Below, one piece after another: positions 63,410-64,000 of a stretch of DNA of 64,000 nucleotides (the first letter of the stretch is position 1; each line of letters opens with the position of its first letter). The notes beneath the pieces were generated by a model. That model did no database searches. It was not told where the DNA came from and was given only the letters and a program-made list of their open reading frames with translations. This stretch comes from Tubulanus polymorphus. Taxonomy: Eukaryota; Animalia; Nemertea. The stretch spans positions 9,394,451-9,458,450 of the forward strand of contig NC_134035.1 in assembly GCF_964204645.1 (NCBI RefSeq), read 5' to 3'. Position numbers and translations under genes: made by a program.

Positions 63410-63520
63410 AAAGGTTTCTTCTTTGAGCTAGTAGTTAATTTAAACGTTTCGGCCGTATCCTGATGATCATCGTCAGGAATACTGAAGTTAGGATATAGTC
63501 GGAACGTCGAAATAAACAAC
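63410..63520. mobile_element. Penelope-like family A head-to-head relic
   Basis: Minus: TATTC-CTGACGA-T-GATC...GGCC-GAAA-CG-TT; plus remnant ATAGTCGGAACGTCGAAATAAAC. Confidence 0.65.
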
Positions 63521-63679
63521 AGGCTGAAGCAAACCATTCGGACTCCCCAATCTTTTACCGATCGTTTATCGTATATCATTTATCAGCATTCAATTACGTA
63601 AGAGATTTGTTATTTTCATATCCTCTGCTTTGGCCATATACTGAACAAATTTCAATACACGCTCAATTGTAACGTTGAG

Positions 63680-63711
63680 CATGGACGTATAAACTAGTTT
63701 ATACGTCCATG
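63680..63711. mobile_element. 32-bp perfect palindrome with 7-bp TSD (minimal P-like element)
   Basis: CATGGACGTATAAACTAGTTTATACGTCCATG flanked by CGTTGAG / TGTTGAG. Confidence 0.8.
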
Positions 63712-64000
63712 TGTTGAGCCAATATCAGCGTTGCGACATTGCTAGGCATTAACCTGACTCGAGTTTCCTTATGCGGACAGAAAATGGCAAACGCCGTCTG
63801 CGCCTTATCTCACCACCGGTTGTACATCTAAACCCTTGTGAAGCGACACGACAATCATGACATTTCGCGTGTAATCTAGCGGAGAAATGCGCGTCCAATT
63901 CCGCTCTAAAAATGTGTACATCATTTATTTTATCTACTATTTTCCAGCGACCCCTTAATTTCCTATTCATTCCAGTAATGTTTAACGACGAGAGATGGAC

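Overview
Eukaryotic (animal, probably invertebrate) genomic DNA, AT-rich but CpG-retaining, almost entirely non-coding, with no complete protein-coding gene. Firm features: two identical tRNA-Trp(CCA) genes plus an internally deleted third copy (12.7-14.3 kb); a 421-bp (TCCCTC)n tract; three minisatellites; many small TIR elements with readable target-site duplications; tRNA-derived SINEs; and decayed LINE/DIRS relics. Two less obvious patterns emerge. (1) A dispersed set of short minus-strand ATG-to-splice-donor segments, mostly ending in intron phase 2, consistent with the window being the multi-promoter 5' region of one large gene whose shared exons lie left of position 1. (2) At least ten minimal type-I hammerhead ribozyme motifs or relics in two Penelope-like families, including an apparently intact one at 32217-32257 in tandem with a second copy. 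All calls are by eye; exon and superfamily assignments are inferences needing RNA-seq or database checks.
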